Of a stretch of DNA of 64,000 nucleotides, positions 9,943 through 18,650 are shown in pieces. The notes under the pieces are model-generated. The model was not told where the DNA came from and made no database searches. It saw nothing but the letters and a program-made list of their open reading frames with translations. The position numbers and the translations under genes were made by a program. The stretch covers positions 4,695-68,694 of the forward strand of contig JBEKKV010000005.1 of NCBI GenBank assembly GCA_050010555.1. The letters are read 5' to 3'. Within the stretch, counting starts at the first letter, position 1, and each line of letters begins with the position of its first letter. This DNA comes from Dehalococcoidia bacterium. Lineage in GTDB: Bacteria; Chloroflexota; Dehalococcoidia; DSTF01; JALHUB01.

Positions 9943-10413
9943 ATGGAATCCGAAGGGCTGTGGGCAGACGTCCGGCGCGTCGTGCTGCGCGGCGACGTTC
10001 TGGGTCTCGCCGTCGCCGTCGTGGTGGGAACGTCCCTCTATCATCTGTTCTATGCGCTGTTCGAGTACGTCCTGATTCCTCTCGGACGCGGATTCTTCAA
10101 TTCGGAGTCCGGCAGCGACTTCCCCGTGCAGACGCCGCTCAATTCAGTCTACCGTGGTTATACCGTGTATTGGGGCGAGGCGCTTAGCCTCGTGCTCACA
10201 CTCACTCTTGCGCTTCTGGTGGCGGCGATTCTGAGAAAGCGGCTCTTCCGGCCGGATGAGGAGGACGAGGTCGACGAGTTGCCGGAGTTCAGAGAGGACG
10301 ATGGCCTCCGCGTTTGTCCGGAGTGCTTGAGTGAAGTATCCGCCGCCGCCCGTCGCTGCGCCTTCTGTACCACAGTGTTGAAGCCGATGCCCGACGTGCC
10401 AGAGGAGGCCTAA
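9943..10413 (+). CDS. MscL-family mechanosensitive channel-like protein with C-terminal Cys4 zinc ribbon
   Basis: LRGDVLGLAVAVVVGTSL..VLIPLG matches MscL TM1 (M. tuberculosis [20 protein letters not shown]...ITPLI). TM2 is followed by a charged cluster RKRLFRPDEEDE (the RKKEE equivalent). The C-terminus has CPEC-x10-CAFC. RBS AAGGAGG. Confidence 0.6.
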   Translation: MESEGLWADVRRVVLRGDVLGLAVAVVVGTSLYHLFYALFEYVLIPLGRGFFNSESGSDFPVQTPLNSVYRGYTVYWGEALSLVLTLTLALLVAAILRKRLFRPDEEDEVDELPEFREDDGLRVCPECLSEVSAAARRCAFCTTVLKPMPDVPEEA

Positions 10414-10868
10414 TGCGTACCATCGGGGTGCGCCGGGATTCAAAGAGGATGCCAGCTAAGGAGAAGGCCTTTCACCTCGTCTTCGCCATCGGCGTCGGCC
10501 TTGCCTCCTATGACCTACTTTACAACTTCGCCGATTTCACAGTCGTCCCGTTCTTCCGCGGCTTCTTCAACGGAACCGACGGGCCCGGCTTATACCTTGA
10601 CCTGCCACTCAGCGTCAACTTCAGAGGCTACCCGCTTGTATACAGTGGCGCGCTTGCTGCCCTCTGCATGCTCGTCCTTGGCGCGGCCGCGCTTCTCCTC
10701 CTCGTTTGGTATTCGCGGCACATGCAGCAGCGCGCATCTCCACCCGCAAACGTCGAAGAGTGTCCCTGTCGAGAATGCCGAAGCTTTATCCCGGCCGCCG
10801 CCAAGCGATGCCACTGGTGCCGCTCGCCGCAAGAGCCGCAGGCCGAAGCGCCGGCCGACTCGACCTGA
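10413..10868 (+). CDS. MscL-like paralog with C-terminal Cys4 zinc ribbon
   Basis: Same architecture (VFAIGVGLASYDLL..VVPFFRGFFNG..TM2..CPCREC-x10-CHWC). Start overlaps the upstream stop in TAATG, indicating translational coupling. Confidence 0.5.
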   Translation: MRTIGVRRDSKRMPAKEKAFHLVFAIGVGLASYDLLYNFADFTVVPFFRGFFNGTDGPGLYLDLPLSVNFRGYPLVYSGALAALCMLVLGAAALLLLVWYSRHMQQRASPPANVEECPCRECRSFIPAAAKRCHWCRSPQEPQAEAPADST

Positions 10869-10953
10869 CATCCCGCCAATCGACGAATAGAAACGGGCCC
10901 GCCTCCAGACCGGAAGCGGACCCGCTGCTTTTCGATGCGCCGGCGCTCGCGCG

Positions 10954-11814
10954 CTAGCTGATTTGCGTCGCTCTCACCACAAGGCGATGGTCGTAGTTCC
11001 GCGTGCTCGGGTCGAACGTGCCGCCGCAGGTGACTATCGTCAGCTCCTGGCTGCCGTCCTTCAGCGCGTACTGCGTGAAGCTGTCCGTATCGCCGATCCA
11101 CTGCGTCCAGTCGACGGCGTACCTGACCAGGGAGCCGTCGAGGAGCTGGACGTCGATCTCATCGCCCTGGACAAGGTCGTGCAGGTTCCAGAACACCGCC
11201 TCGAAGTTCGGGTGATAGTCGACGTGGCCGGAGAACAGGGCGTTGGAGCCCCCAAAACCGTTAATGCCGGGGAAGCCGCCCATGCCGCCGAAGTTCTGGA
11301 AGTCGTACCAGACCACGTCGTCCTTGCCGTTGGGAATGCCCATGACGCCGTCGGTGCCCATGATCCGCACGTTGACCGGCGCGTTAACGCCGATGCTAGG
11401 GATGATCAGGCGCAGGCCCGTCGGGGTCGCGGAGCCGTCGCCGTAGCCGCAGGCCGCGGTCGTAAACGTGCCCGCCGCCGAGGTGAACCACTGGCCGCTG
11501 ACCAGCGTGTTGATCCGCCAGTGCGTCACCTGGTTCACCTGGAGGCCGGGGACTGTCGCTGAATTGGCGTTAGGATCGAGCGGGCCCATGCCGGCGAATT
11601 CCCCCGGCGGGAAGTCGCTGAAGAAGCTCACGTCGAGGTACTGGTCACCCTTCAGGCCGCCGGGCAGCCAGTGCATCGTCGCGTCGACCATGCCGGGCGT
11701 GGAACTGCACACCTGGTCCACGGAAATTGTCATAGGGAACACGCTGCAACTCATCGATGATAACGCCGTTAAGACCATGCCGGGAATCAGTAGTAACCAG
11801 AACGCTTTCCTCAT
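10954..11814 (-). CDS. Class E/F sortase family transpeptidase
   Basis: N-terminal signal/TM followed by LRLIIPSIGVNAPV, the start of the sortase domain. Catalytic His (FSGHVDY), Cys (LTIVTCGG) and Arg (RLVVRA) are in the canonical order. Confidence 0.6.
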   Translation of the reverse strand: MRKAFWLLLIPGMVLTALSSMSCSVFPMTISVDQVCSSTPGMVDATMHWLPGGLKGDQYLDVSFFSDFPPGEFAGMGPLDPNANSATVPGLQVNQVTHWRINTLVSGQWFTSAAGTFTTAACGYGDGSATPTGLRLIIPSIGVNAPVNVRIMGTDGVMGIPNGKDDVVWYDFQNFGGMGGFPGINGFGGSNALFSGHVDYHPNFEAVFWNLHDLVQGDEIDVQLLDGSLVRYAVDWTQWIGDTDSFTQYALKDGSQELTIVTCGGTFDPSTRNYDHRLVVRATQIS

Positions 11815-12058
11815 TGATTGCCACCTCCCATCGGTATGCTTATTACGGTCATCCGGCCACGACTCTGGGGTCGTGGGCTCCTTCCACAGTTAGCTGGCCG
11901 CTATGGTAGCACTTTGCTGCTCATAAGCAAATACCTCCGGAAGGCTAGAATTGTATCGGCCGACGAAAACTGTCGAATCTGGAGGGGCGTATTGACTCGC
12001 CGCCAACCGCGAAGGACAATTGACGCACCTTCCGTCCGCCTGAACCAGGAGGAGAACG

Positions 12059-14422
12059 ATGCGCGAAGTCGAAACCGTCCAATCGTCAATCGGCGAAGCG
12101 ACGCTTGACGTCGAGGGCGCGACCGTTGCCGCCGTGCGCCTGGACCCGGCGCAGTCGTACGTCGACGTGCCCGAGTTGCTGAAGGAGGTTATCGACCGCG
12201 ACGACCGGCCGGCATGGCAGGCTATCGTCGAGCGGATCGACTACACGTGCCTTTGTCTCGACGGCGCGCTCAAGGCGTTTTGCGAAGAGACGGACCTGAG
12301 CGAGATGCTGCGCAGCGAGCTCGCGGCGGGCAAGAAGCTGCTCCTCAAGCCGAACCTCGTCAACGCCGTCTGCATCGACCCGCAAGAGCACGGGCGCGGC
12401 CTTGGCTACGCCACCTGCACCGCCTGGCCCTTCGTCGCGGCGGTCATGCGCTGGCTGCACGACCGGCTGGACGTGTCTTATCACCAGATGGCGCTCGGCG
12501 AAGCGGCAACGTCGATGTCGGCGGCGGCCGCCTACGCGACGCGGCTGTTCGGCCGGCCCGTCACCCGCGAGGCGATTATGGAAGGGCGCGTCGACGACTC
12601 CTACGGCGGCTGGGGCTTCTATTTCGTGCGAAAGTACCTGGCCGAATCGCACGACCCGTCGCACCAGGACGACCCGATGCGGGGGTACGACGACAGCGTC
12701 GCCGGCAACTACCTGCCGCCTGGTCGTGCGATGGACCGCCTGCCGGTCTACGATTTGAATCGCATCCAGGACGTGCCGGAGCGCGGGCGTCGGGTGCCGG
12801 TGCCGGACGGAGCCAACTTCCAGTCGATAACGCTGCACAAGGCGGTTGTCGGCGGAGAGCCGTCGGATGCGGCGGACCGGCGCGACTATCCGGGCTGCGT
12901 GCTGCTGAGCCTGCCCAAGATGAAGGTTCACAACATCGCCCTGTTCACCAACGCCATCAAGAACCTGGGGATCGGCCTCTATCCGATGGAAGCGGCATCT
13001 GGCGACGAACCCGCGAGCACCGCCTGGCTGTACAGCTCGCCGCAACTGCCGGTGCCGGGGATGAAGAGCCGCCTGCCGCATCAGGTGTGGACGGCGTCGA
13101 CGGACGACCGGACCGGCCGGCCGCACTCCGTCAAGCGTACGGCGGGCATCAACGGCACGATGGTCGACATCATCAAGGCGGTGCAGACGCAGGGCGTGCG
13201 GGTGTTGAGCGTCGTCGACGCCATCGAGACGATCAATATCGACCATTCGCTCGACGCGCCGGCGATTCGCGTTCCCGAGGGCTTCGTCTTCGCCGGCCTC
13301 GACGTCGTCGCCCTCGACCTGCTCTGCGCGCGCTACATGTTCAATATGCTTCCGATGGCCGAGGCGCGAAAGCTCGCCGCGGAAGGCAAGGCGCCGTCGG
13401 AGTGGCTGCAACGCGTGCCTCTGCCGACGGTCGAAGGGCAGAACATCGTGACGGCGGAGGGCTACGACTCGCCACTGTCCCGCCACGTCCTCTTCGAGTA
13501 CGCGGCAGGAAGGGGCATCGGCGGTCAAGCGTACCATGTCGTCGGGAGGGACATGTGGCAGAGCGAGCGGCTGGCGTCTCTGGAGGGGCACCTGGGCCGC
13601 GTCGAGGGCGGGCGCTTCTTTGAGCTGTTGACCGACACGCTGTACTACGACCAGTTGAAGCTGCTGTGGGACCTGCAGACGACCGTGCTGAGCTATGCCG
13701 CCGCGAACGACGCGCTCACCGGCACTAGCTACCGTCAGCACTTCCTGAACGCGTTCGACGAGAACGGCGACGGCGTCATCGACTACGAGGAGATGGGCCG
13801 GAAGGGCATCGTCGATTTCATGTTGTACGCCGCAGCCTACGGCGTCCATCTGATGGGCAGCGAGGAGCACGGTATGCTGCGTGGCTTCTTCGCTTTGCGG
13901 GCGAACGCGCTTCGCTGGTCCGACGCGGCCCTGAACCCCGACGGGCTGGACTTCCTCAAGGAGTACTTCGAAAGCTCGACGGCGCTGGTGGGGCTGACGC
14001 TGTCGCAGATGGAGCTCGAGGGCGCGGACGCTTTCGTGCCATCGATGACGTGGGGCAAGGGCAAGTGGCCGAGCGTGCAGATGTCCCGCTTCATGGCCAT
14101 CGGCTCGATGCTCTACGGCCTCGGCTTTCCGTTCATGACGACGGTCGACTCGATCTATGGAATCGCTTTCCAGTACGCCGACAAGGCGTTCAACGGCAGC
14201 ACCTACACCGGCGACGTGGAGACGATGAGCGATCCGAACTCGACGGCGGCGGTGGAGTACGTGCAGGCGGTTTCCTCTGGGGCGAAGCCGCTCCCCTTCT
14301 TGCTGTACGTACCGCAGGGCTTCGGGCAGGTGCTCGGGAAAGCGGTGCCGAACGTCGAGGAGACGGAGGACCCGCGCCGGATGCTGCGAGTGGAGTTCGG
14401 CGGCGGCAAGGAGGTCTGGTAA
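12059..14422 (+). CDS. Large DUF362-domain protein with a C-terminal region carrying a canonical EF-hand
   Basis: 787 aa. KKLLLKPNLVNAVCID is the DUF362 hallmark. DENGDGVIDYEE at nt 13757..13792 fits the 12-residue EF-hand loop (D1, N3, D5, G6, I8, E12). RBS AGGAGGAGAACG-ATG. Confidence 0.5.
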   Translation: MREVETVQSSIGEATLDVEGATVAAVRLDPAQSYVDVPELLKEVIDRDDRPAWQAIVERIDYTCLCLDGALKAFCEETDLSEMLRSELAAGKKLLLKPNLVNAVCIDPQEHGRGLGYATCTAWPFVAAVMRWLHDRLDVSYHQMALGEAATSMSAAAAYATRLFGRPVTREAIMEGRVDDSYGGWGFYFVRKYLAESHDPSHQDDPMRGYDDSVAGNYLPPGRAMDRLPVYDLNRIQDVPERGRRVPVPDGANFQSITLHKAVVGGEPSDAADRRDYPGCVLLSLPKMKVHNIALFTNAIKNLGIGLYPMEAASGDEPASTAWLYSSPQLPVPGMKSRLPHQVWTASTDDRTGRPHSVKRTAGINGTMVDIIKAVQTQGVRVLSVVDAIETINIDHSLDAPAIRVPEGFVFAGLDVVALDLLCARYMFNMLPMAEARKLAAEGKAPSEWLQRVPLPTVEGQNIVTAEGYDSPLSRHVLFEYAAGRGIGGQAYHVVGRDMWQSERLASLEGHLGRVEGGRFFELLTDTLYYDQLKLLWDLQTTVLSYAAANDALTGTSYRQHFLNAFDENGDGVIDYEEMGRKGIVDFMLYAAAYGVHLMGSEEHGMLRGFFALRANALRWSDAALNPDGLDFLKEYFESSTALVGLTLSQMELEGADAFVPSMTWGKGKWPSVQMSRFMAIGSMLYGLGFPFMTTVDSIYGIAFQYADKAFNGSTYTGDVETMSDPNSTAAVEYVQAVSSGAKPLPFLLYVPQGFGQVLGKAVPNVEETEDPRRMLRVEFGGGKEVW

Positions 14423-14497
14423 AGTTTTCGTCGCTTCTGCCGATGGATATACTGCCAGGAGGGGATGGGCGGGCAGTCCGTCCGAATCTGGTCCCCC

Positions 14498-14526
14498 TTG
14501 ACAGCCCTGGGTGTTGGGGCTAGACT
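14498..14526 (+). promoter_or_regulatory. Sigma-70-like promoter TTGACA-N17-TAGACT
   Basis: TTGACA at 14498-14503, 17-nt spacer, TAGACT at 14521-14526. The same architecture occurs upstream of rplU. Confidence 0.35.
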
Positions 14527-14574
14527 GAAGGTGAGCCCGGGATGGGATCCAAAATCCGAAAGGAGGAGGCGCTC

Positions 14575-14622
14575 ATGGTAGAGAACCGGGTTCTCTGGGG
14601 GGTGTGGCAGGTTGACTGTTGA
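14575..14622 (+). CDS. 15-codon small ORF (MVENRVLWGVWQVDC) with a strong Shine-Dalgarno, inside a short independent transcript
   Basis: AAAGGAGGAGG lies 5 nt before the ATG. The stop is immediately followed by a perfect 9-bp hairpin (GCCCTACCC-tgacg-GGGTAGGGC, 14623..14645). No downstream same-strand gene. Confidence 0.25.
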   Translation: MVENRVLWGVWQVDC

Positions 14623-14767
14623 GCCCTACCCTGACGGGGTAGGGCGTACGGTCGCCGAGTTGGCCCCGTCGCATCAGTGCATTGGTGGCCACCGTCCTGA
14701 ATAGGACGGGTCGGCCAAGCGCTGGGGGGCAAGCCCTCGTGGGGGCCTCTCGGGATGAAGATTACAA

Positions 14768-14810
14768 GAGCCGTCTTGTTAAGACGGCTCTTGTTTTGTG
14801 TCGTGTTTCT
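14768..14810 (+). terminator. Intrinsic terminator (possibly bidirectional with the convergent GT2 gene)
   Basis: Stem AGCCGTCTT / AAGACGGCT with a GTTA loop, followed by a T-rich tract CTTGTTTTGTGTCGTGTTT. Confidence 0.45.
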
Positions 14811-14827
14811 CAGCCGCGGCAAGGAGC

Positions 14828-16594
14828 CTAGGCCTTCTCCGTGCACTTGTACTCCAGCCTCTTGCCCAGGATGAGACGGACCTGCGAGTCGAGGCCGGGC
14901 AGTGCGCCGAAGATGAAGGTTATCGGCGCCATTAGGAACCACTGCCCGAACTGCACCGGGTACATCCAGATCGGGAAGGTCTTCGGGCGCGGCGGCCGCA
15001 TGAACGTGTCGAAACCGACCATTATGGCCAGCGGGACCATGCACGGGAAGAGGATCTTCGCGGACATCATGTTGAACCAGGGAGGCACCATCGGCATAAC
15101 GGACGCGGGCAAGAAACCGTTGGCGCACAGGAAGACGAAGGCCGCAGGAACAGCGCGTCCGATGGTAATCAGGAACCACTGACTGGACCAGAGAACGTGG
15201 TTCTCGAAGACGCTCCAGGTGCGGCGGAAGCGCTGCAGGAGCGATATCTCCGGGTGGGCGGCCGCCATCTTAATGGCGTAGGAGATGTCGGACGCGCCCC
15301 AGGCGTGGCGCCGCGCCTGCTGATAGTGCTCCCAGAACGTGCGGAGGTAGCCGTGGGCGCGGACGCCGTCGTTGCCGACCACCAGGAAGATCGGCTCAAC
15401 GTTCACGTTGCCGTTGAGCAGGAAAAAGCACTTCAGCATCATGTGCCAGTCTTCGGAAATGATATCCGGGTCCCAGTAGCCGACCTCGTCCGCCATGCGC
15501 AGGCTGAGGCTGTAGGTGGACTGCGGGAAGCGGATGGCGTGCTTGCGGGTCAGCTTCACGAGCTGGTTTAGCCCGCCGAGGGAGTTGGACAGCCGAAGCG
15601 GCGCCGGCACCTCCCAGACGTTGTTGTAGTAGAAGATGGGCGCTTGCCAGAAGCGTCGATAGCGCATTCGGCTGGTGGCGAACTTGTAGGTCAGACAGGC
15701 GTAGTAGTTGGGCGGGAACTGCGTGTCGGCATCGCAGCTAGTAACGGTCACCAGGTCGAGGTCGTAGCCCAGCTCATCGATGAGCTTGCGCTTGGCGATT
15801 CGGGCCGCCCACAGCTCGTTCGATGACTTGCCGCGTATCTCGCCTTCGATGTCCGGTGGATGGAACGTCGGGAAGAACAGCATGAAGCGGTCGGCGAACT
15901 TCTTCTGCAGGATCTGCGCCTTCTCGGCAGCGCCCGCTTCGGCGCCTTCGAGCGCCAGCACAACGACGAGCTGCTGGCGGTCCAGCGTCTGGTCCACCAG
16001 TGTTTGCAGCGTCGTCGAGAGCTTCTCCACGCTCTCCTTATAGCTTGGGATGATGACGATGTGGCGCACTTCCTCCCAGCGCAGGTACGCCTCGCCGCGG
16101 GCCGCCGCCTCGTTGTAGCTCTGGCGCCAGTCAATCTTCTTGTGGCGTCTCAGGATGGCGTGGCCGCGGACGACGTGGATGCCGGTGTTGATGGAGCGCC
16201 ACGCCCAGTACACGTCGAAGCCGACGAGCATGATGGCCAGCGGCAGCGGCAAGAAGAACGTCCCCCAGACCAGGGTGCTGATAAGGAAGAGAGCGCAGGC
16301 GCCCGGAAGAATGTCCAGGGCGCGCTGAATGAGGTGGTCGCGCTGGGGATGAGCGTGCAGCCCTTCGATGGCGACCGGCTTGGGGATCGCAATTGTCGTT
16401 GTCGGGAAGCTCGGCGGAGCAATGGCCGGGAGCGGCATCATCAGCTCGCCGAGGTCGATGTCGGACGTCAGGGGGAGGCGGTCGCCTGCGATGATCGAGT
16501 TAGTGACGCCGTCGATGGCGCCCGATGCGATGGCCGGAGACAGAAACAAATCTCCGGAAGCGCCCGAGAAGCTCTTTGCCTCTAACGGTTCCAT
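14828..16594 (-). CDS. Membrane GT2-family glycosyltransferase (cellulose-synthase-like fold)
   Basis: Central GT-A domain with TSCDADT (the DxD equivalent), a QQARRHAWG region near the Q-x-x-R-W position, and multiple flanking TM helices. Start taken at ATG 16594 (MEPLEAKSF, moderate RBS). The track's TTG at 16642 is the alternative. Confidence 0.6.
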   Translation of the reverse strand: MEPLEAKSFSGASGDLFLSPAIASGAIDGVTNSIIAGDRLPLTSDIDLGELMMPLPAIAPPSFPTTTIAIPKPVAIEGLHAHPQRDHLIQRALDILPGACALFLISTLVWGTFFLPLPLAIMLVGFDVYWAWRSINTGIHVVRGHAILRRHKKIDWRQSYNEAAARGEAYLRWEEVRHIVIIPSYKESVEKLSTTLQTLVDQTLDRQQLVVVLALEGAEAGAAEKAQILQKKFADRFMLFFPTFHPPDIEGEIRGKSSNELWAARIAKRKLIDELGYDLDLVTVTSCDADTQFPPNYYACLTYKFATSRMRYRRFWQAPIFYYNNVWEVPAPLRLSNSLGGLNQLVKLTRKHAIRFPQSTYSLSLRMADEVGYWDPDIISEDWHMMLKCFFLLNGNVNVEPIFLVVGNDGVRAHGYLRTFWEHYQQARRHAWGASDISYAIKMAAAHPEISLLQRFRRTWSVFENHVLWSSQWFLITIGRAVPAAFVFLCANGFLPASVMPMVPPWFNMMSAKILFPCMVPLAIMVGFDTFMRPPRPKTFPIWMYPVQFGQWFLMAPITFIFGALPGLDSQVRLILGKRLEYKCTEKA

Positions 16595-16876
16595 GGCTAA
16601 TTCCCTGCCCTTTCTGTTTCGCCGCATCCTGCGGACGGACAACGGGCAAAGAGAAAAGGTCGTCCCGTTGCGGTCCGACCTTTCGCACGCCTACGAGGTT
16701 AGCTGACGGGTTAGGGCTGAAAGGTTGCCCTTCCCGGTAACCCGGGATTAACCCCTCTACTGGTTCCCCCGTCCCCGAGTCAACTCGGGCGTTCGGCGGT
16801 TTGCTTGTCAACGTTAATTTAGCGATAATGCAGGCCTTTGTCAAGCTTTCGCAGGCGCTGCAATCGAACCTTGGGG

Positions 16877-18523
16877 TCAGGGCCGTCGGAGGATGGCGCC
16901 GGTGCTCGCAGAGGTGACGAGCGAGGCGTAGCGGGCCAGATAGGGCAGCAGCTCGCCCTGATCCGGCGGACTCCATTTCGCCAAGCGGCGTTCGATCTCC
17001 GCCGGCGAAAGGCGCACGTTCAGCGACTTCGCCGGCATGTCGATTTCAATGATGTCGCCTTCCTCGATGACGGCGAAGGGGCCGCCCTCCATCGCTTCCG
17101 GCGAGACGTGGCCTATAGAGGCGCCCTTCGTCGCGCCCGAGAAGCGGCCGTCGGTGACCAGCGCCACTTCTGCGTCCAGGCCCTTGCTGACGATGGCGGA
17201 CGTGGCCCAGAGCATCTCGCGCATTCCAGGGCCGCCTTTCGGGCCCTCGTACTTGATTATGACCACGTCCCCGCTCTTGATGCTGCCGCCGCCGATGGCG
17301 TCGCGGGCGTCCTCCTCGCAGTTGAAGACGCGCGCCGGCCCCTGGTGCCGCATCATGCCGGGCGCGACGGCCGATTGCTTCACGATGGCCCCATCCAGCG
17401 CGATGTTCCCGTACAGCACGGCCAGCCCGCCCTCGGGGTGGTACGGGTTGTCGATGGGCCGGATCACGTCCCTGTCCGTGATGCGCGCTTCCTCGACGAT
17501 CTCGCCGACCGTGCGGCCGCTCAGCGTCATCGCGTCGAGGTGAAGGTGGCCGCGCGAGGCAAGCTCCTTCATAACGCCCTGGAGGCCGCCGGCTTCGAAG
17601 AGGTCCTCGATGAAGTAATTGCCGGCGGGACTCAGGTTGCAGAGGCGCGGCGTGTTGCGGCTGATGCGGTCGAAAGTGGCGAGGTCGAGGTCAACGCGCG
17701 CCTCGTTGGCAAGCGCCATGAGGTGGAGGACGGTGTTGGACGAGCCGCCGATCGCCATGTCGACGGTGATGGCGTTCTCGAAGGCGTCGCGCGTGAGGAC
17801 GGAGCGCGCCGTGACGTTCTCGGCGAAGAGCTCCATCACCCGTGTGCCGGCGTGCTTGGCCAGCTCGCGGCGTCGACCGTAGACGGCGGGAATGGTGCCG
17901 TTCCAGGGCAAGGCGAGGCCGAGTGCCTCCGCCATACAGTTCATGCTGTTGGCCGTGAACAGCCCGGCGCAGGCGCCGCAGGTCGGCGCGGCGCGGTTCA
18001 GGACTTCCAGCAGGTCGGCGCCGCTGATCTCGCCGCGCTGCAGCCTGGGGAAGAACTCCGATATCTTGCTGACGTCGATTCGCTCGTCGCAGAAGCGGCC
18101 GGGCAGCATGGGCCCGCCGCTGATGATGACCGACGGCAGATTGAGGCGCGCCATCGCCATCATCATGCCGGGGGTTATCTTGTCGCAGTTCGTCACGAGG
18201 ACCATGGCGTCGAGGGCATGGGCCATCATCATCGCTTCGATGGAATCGGCGATGAGCTCGCGACTGGGCAGCGGATAGCACATGCCGGCGTGTCCTTCGG
18301 CCCAACCGTCGCAGATGGCGATGGCCGGGAACTCGAATGGCGTGCCGCCGGCGGCAAGAACGCCGTCGCGGGCGGCGCGGGCGATCTGGTCGAGGTGTTC
18401 ATGGCCGGGGACCAGTTCGTTCTGGGAGTTGACGATGGCGACCAGCGGCTTCTGCATTTCCTGGGCGGTACGGCCCATGGCCACGAAAAGGGGTCTGCGC
18501 GGCTTCACGACGTCGCTTCTCAT
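16877..18523 (-). CDS. ilvD: Dihydroxy-acid dehydratase
   Basis: 548 aa. Conserved IlvD/EDD blocks ([30 protein letters not shown] with the Fe-S Cys, [11 protein letters not shown]). RBS GGGGAGG. Confidence 0.9.
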   Translation of the reverse strand: MRSDVVKPRRPLFVAMGRTAQEMQKPLVAIVNSQNELVPGHEHLDQIARAARDGVLAAGGTPFEFPAIAICDGWAEGHAGMCYPLPSRELIADSIEAMMMAHALDAMVLVTNCDKITPGMMMAMARLNLPSVIISGGPMLPGRFCDERIDVSKISEFFPRLQRGEISGADLLEVLNRAAPTCGACAGLFTANSMNCMAEALGLALPWNGTIPAVYGRRRELAKHAGTRVMELFAENVTARSVLTRDAFENAITVDMAIGGSSNTVLHLMALANEARVDLDLATFDRISRNTPRLCNLSPAGNYFIEDLFEAGGLQGVMKELASRGHLHLDAMTLSGRTVGEIVEEARITDRDVIRPIDNPYHPEGGLAVLYGNIALDGAIVKQSAVAPGMMRHQGPARVFNCEEDARDAIGGGSIKSGDVVIIKYEGPKGGPGMREMLWATSAIVSKGLDAEVALVTDGRFSGATKGASIGHVSPEAMEGGPFAVIEEGDIIEIDMPAKSLNVRLSPAEIERRLAKWSPPDQGELLPYLARYASLVTSASTGAILRRP

Positions 18524-18650
18524 TGCGGCCTCCCCGACTTCTGAGCGAATGGGTTCATGATCTCAGTCTAGCGGCCGCGGGCGCTCTCCGCCAGCACAGC
18601 GTTCCGCTACGTCAGCGAGACGCTCAGGACGAGAATAAGCTAGACTGAAC

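Noticed and set aside
12086-13870. 594-aa minus-strand ORF and the 12214..13623 plus-strand alternative frame
   Set aside because: They overlap the DUF362/EF-hand gene in other frames. Their translations are Arg/Ala/Pro-rich noise with no motifs.
14527-14800. Possibility that the small transcript is RNase P RNA, tmRNA, SRP RNA or 6S RNA
   Set aside because: The conserved blocks are not present on either strand (RNase P GGAAAGTCCGGGCTCC / ACAGAAACCGG, the tmRNA 5'/3' tRNA-like ends, SRP domain IV GGAAGCAGCC). 6S cannot be excluded by eye.
16838-18544. 568-aa plus-strand ORF
   Set aside because: Fully antisense to ilvD. Arg/Ala/Gly-rich low-complexity translation typical of GC-rich shadow frames.
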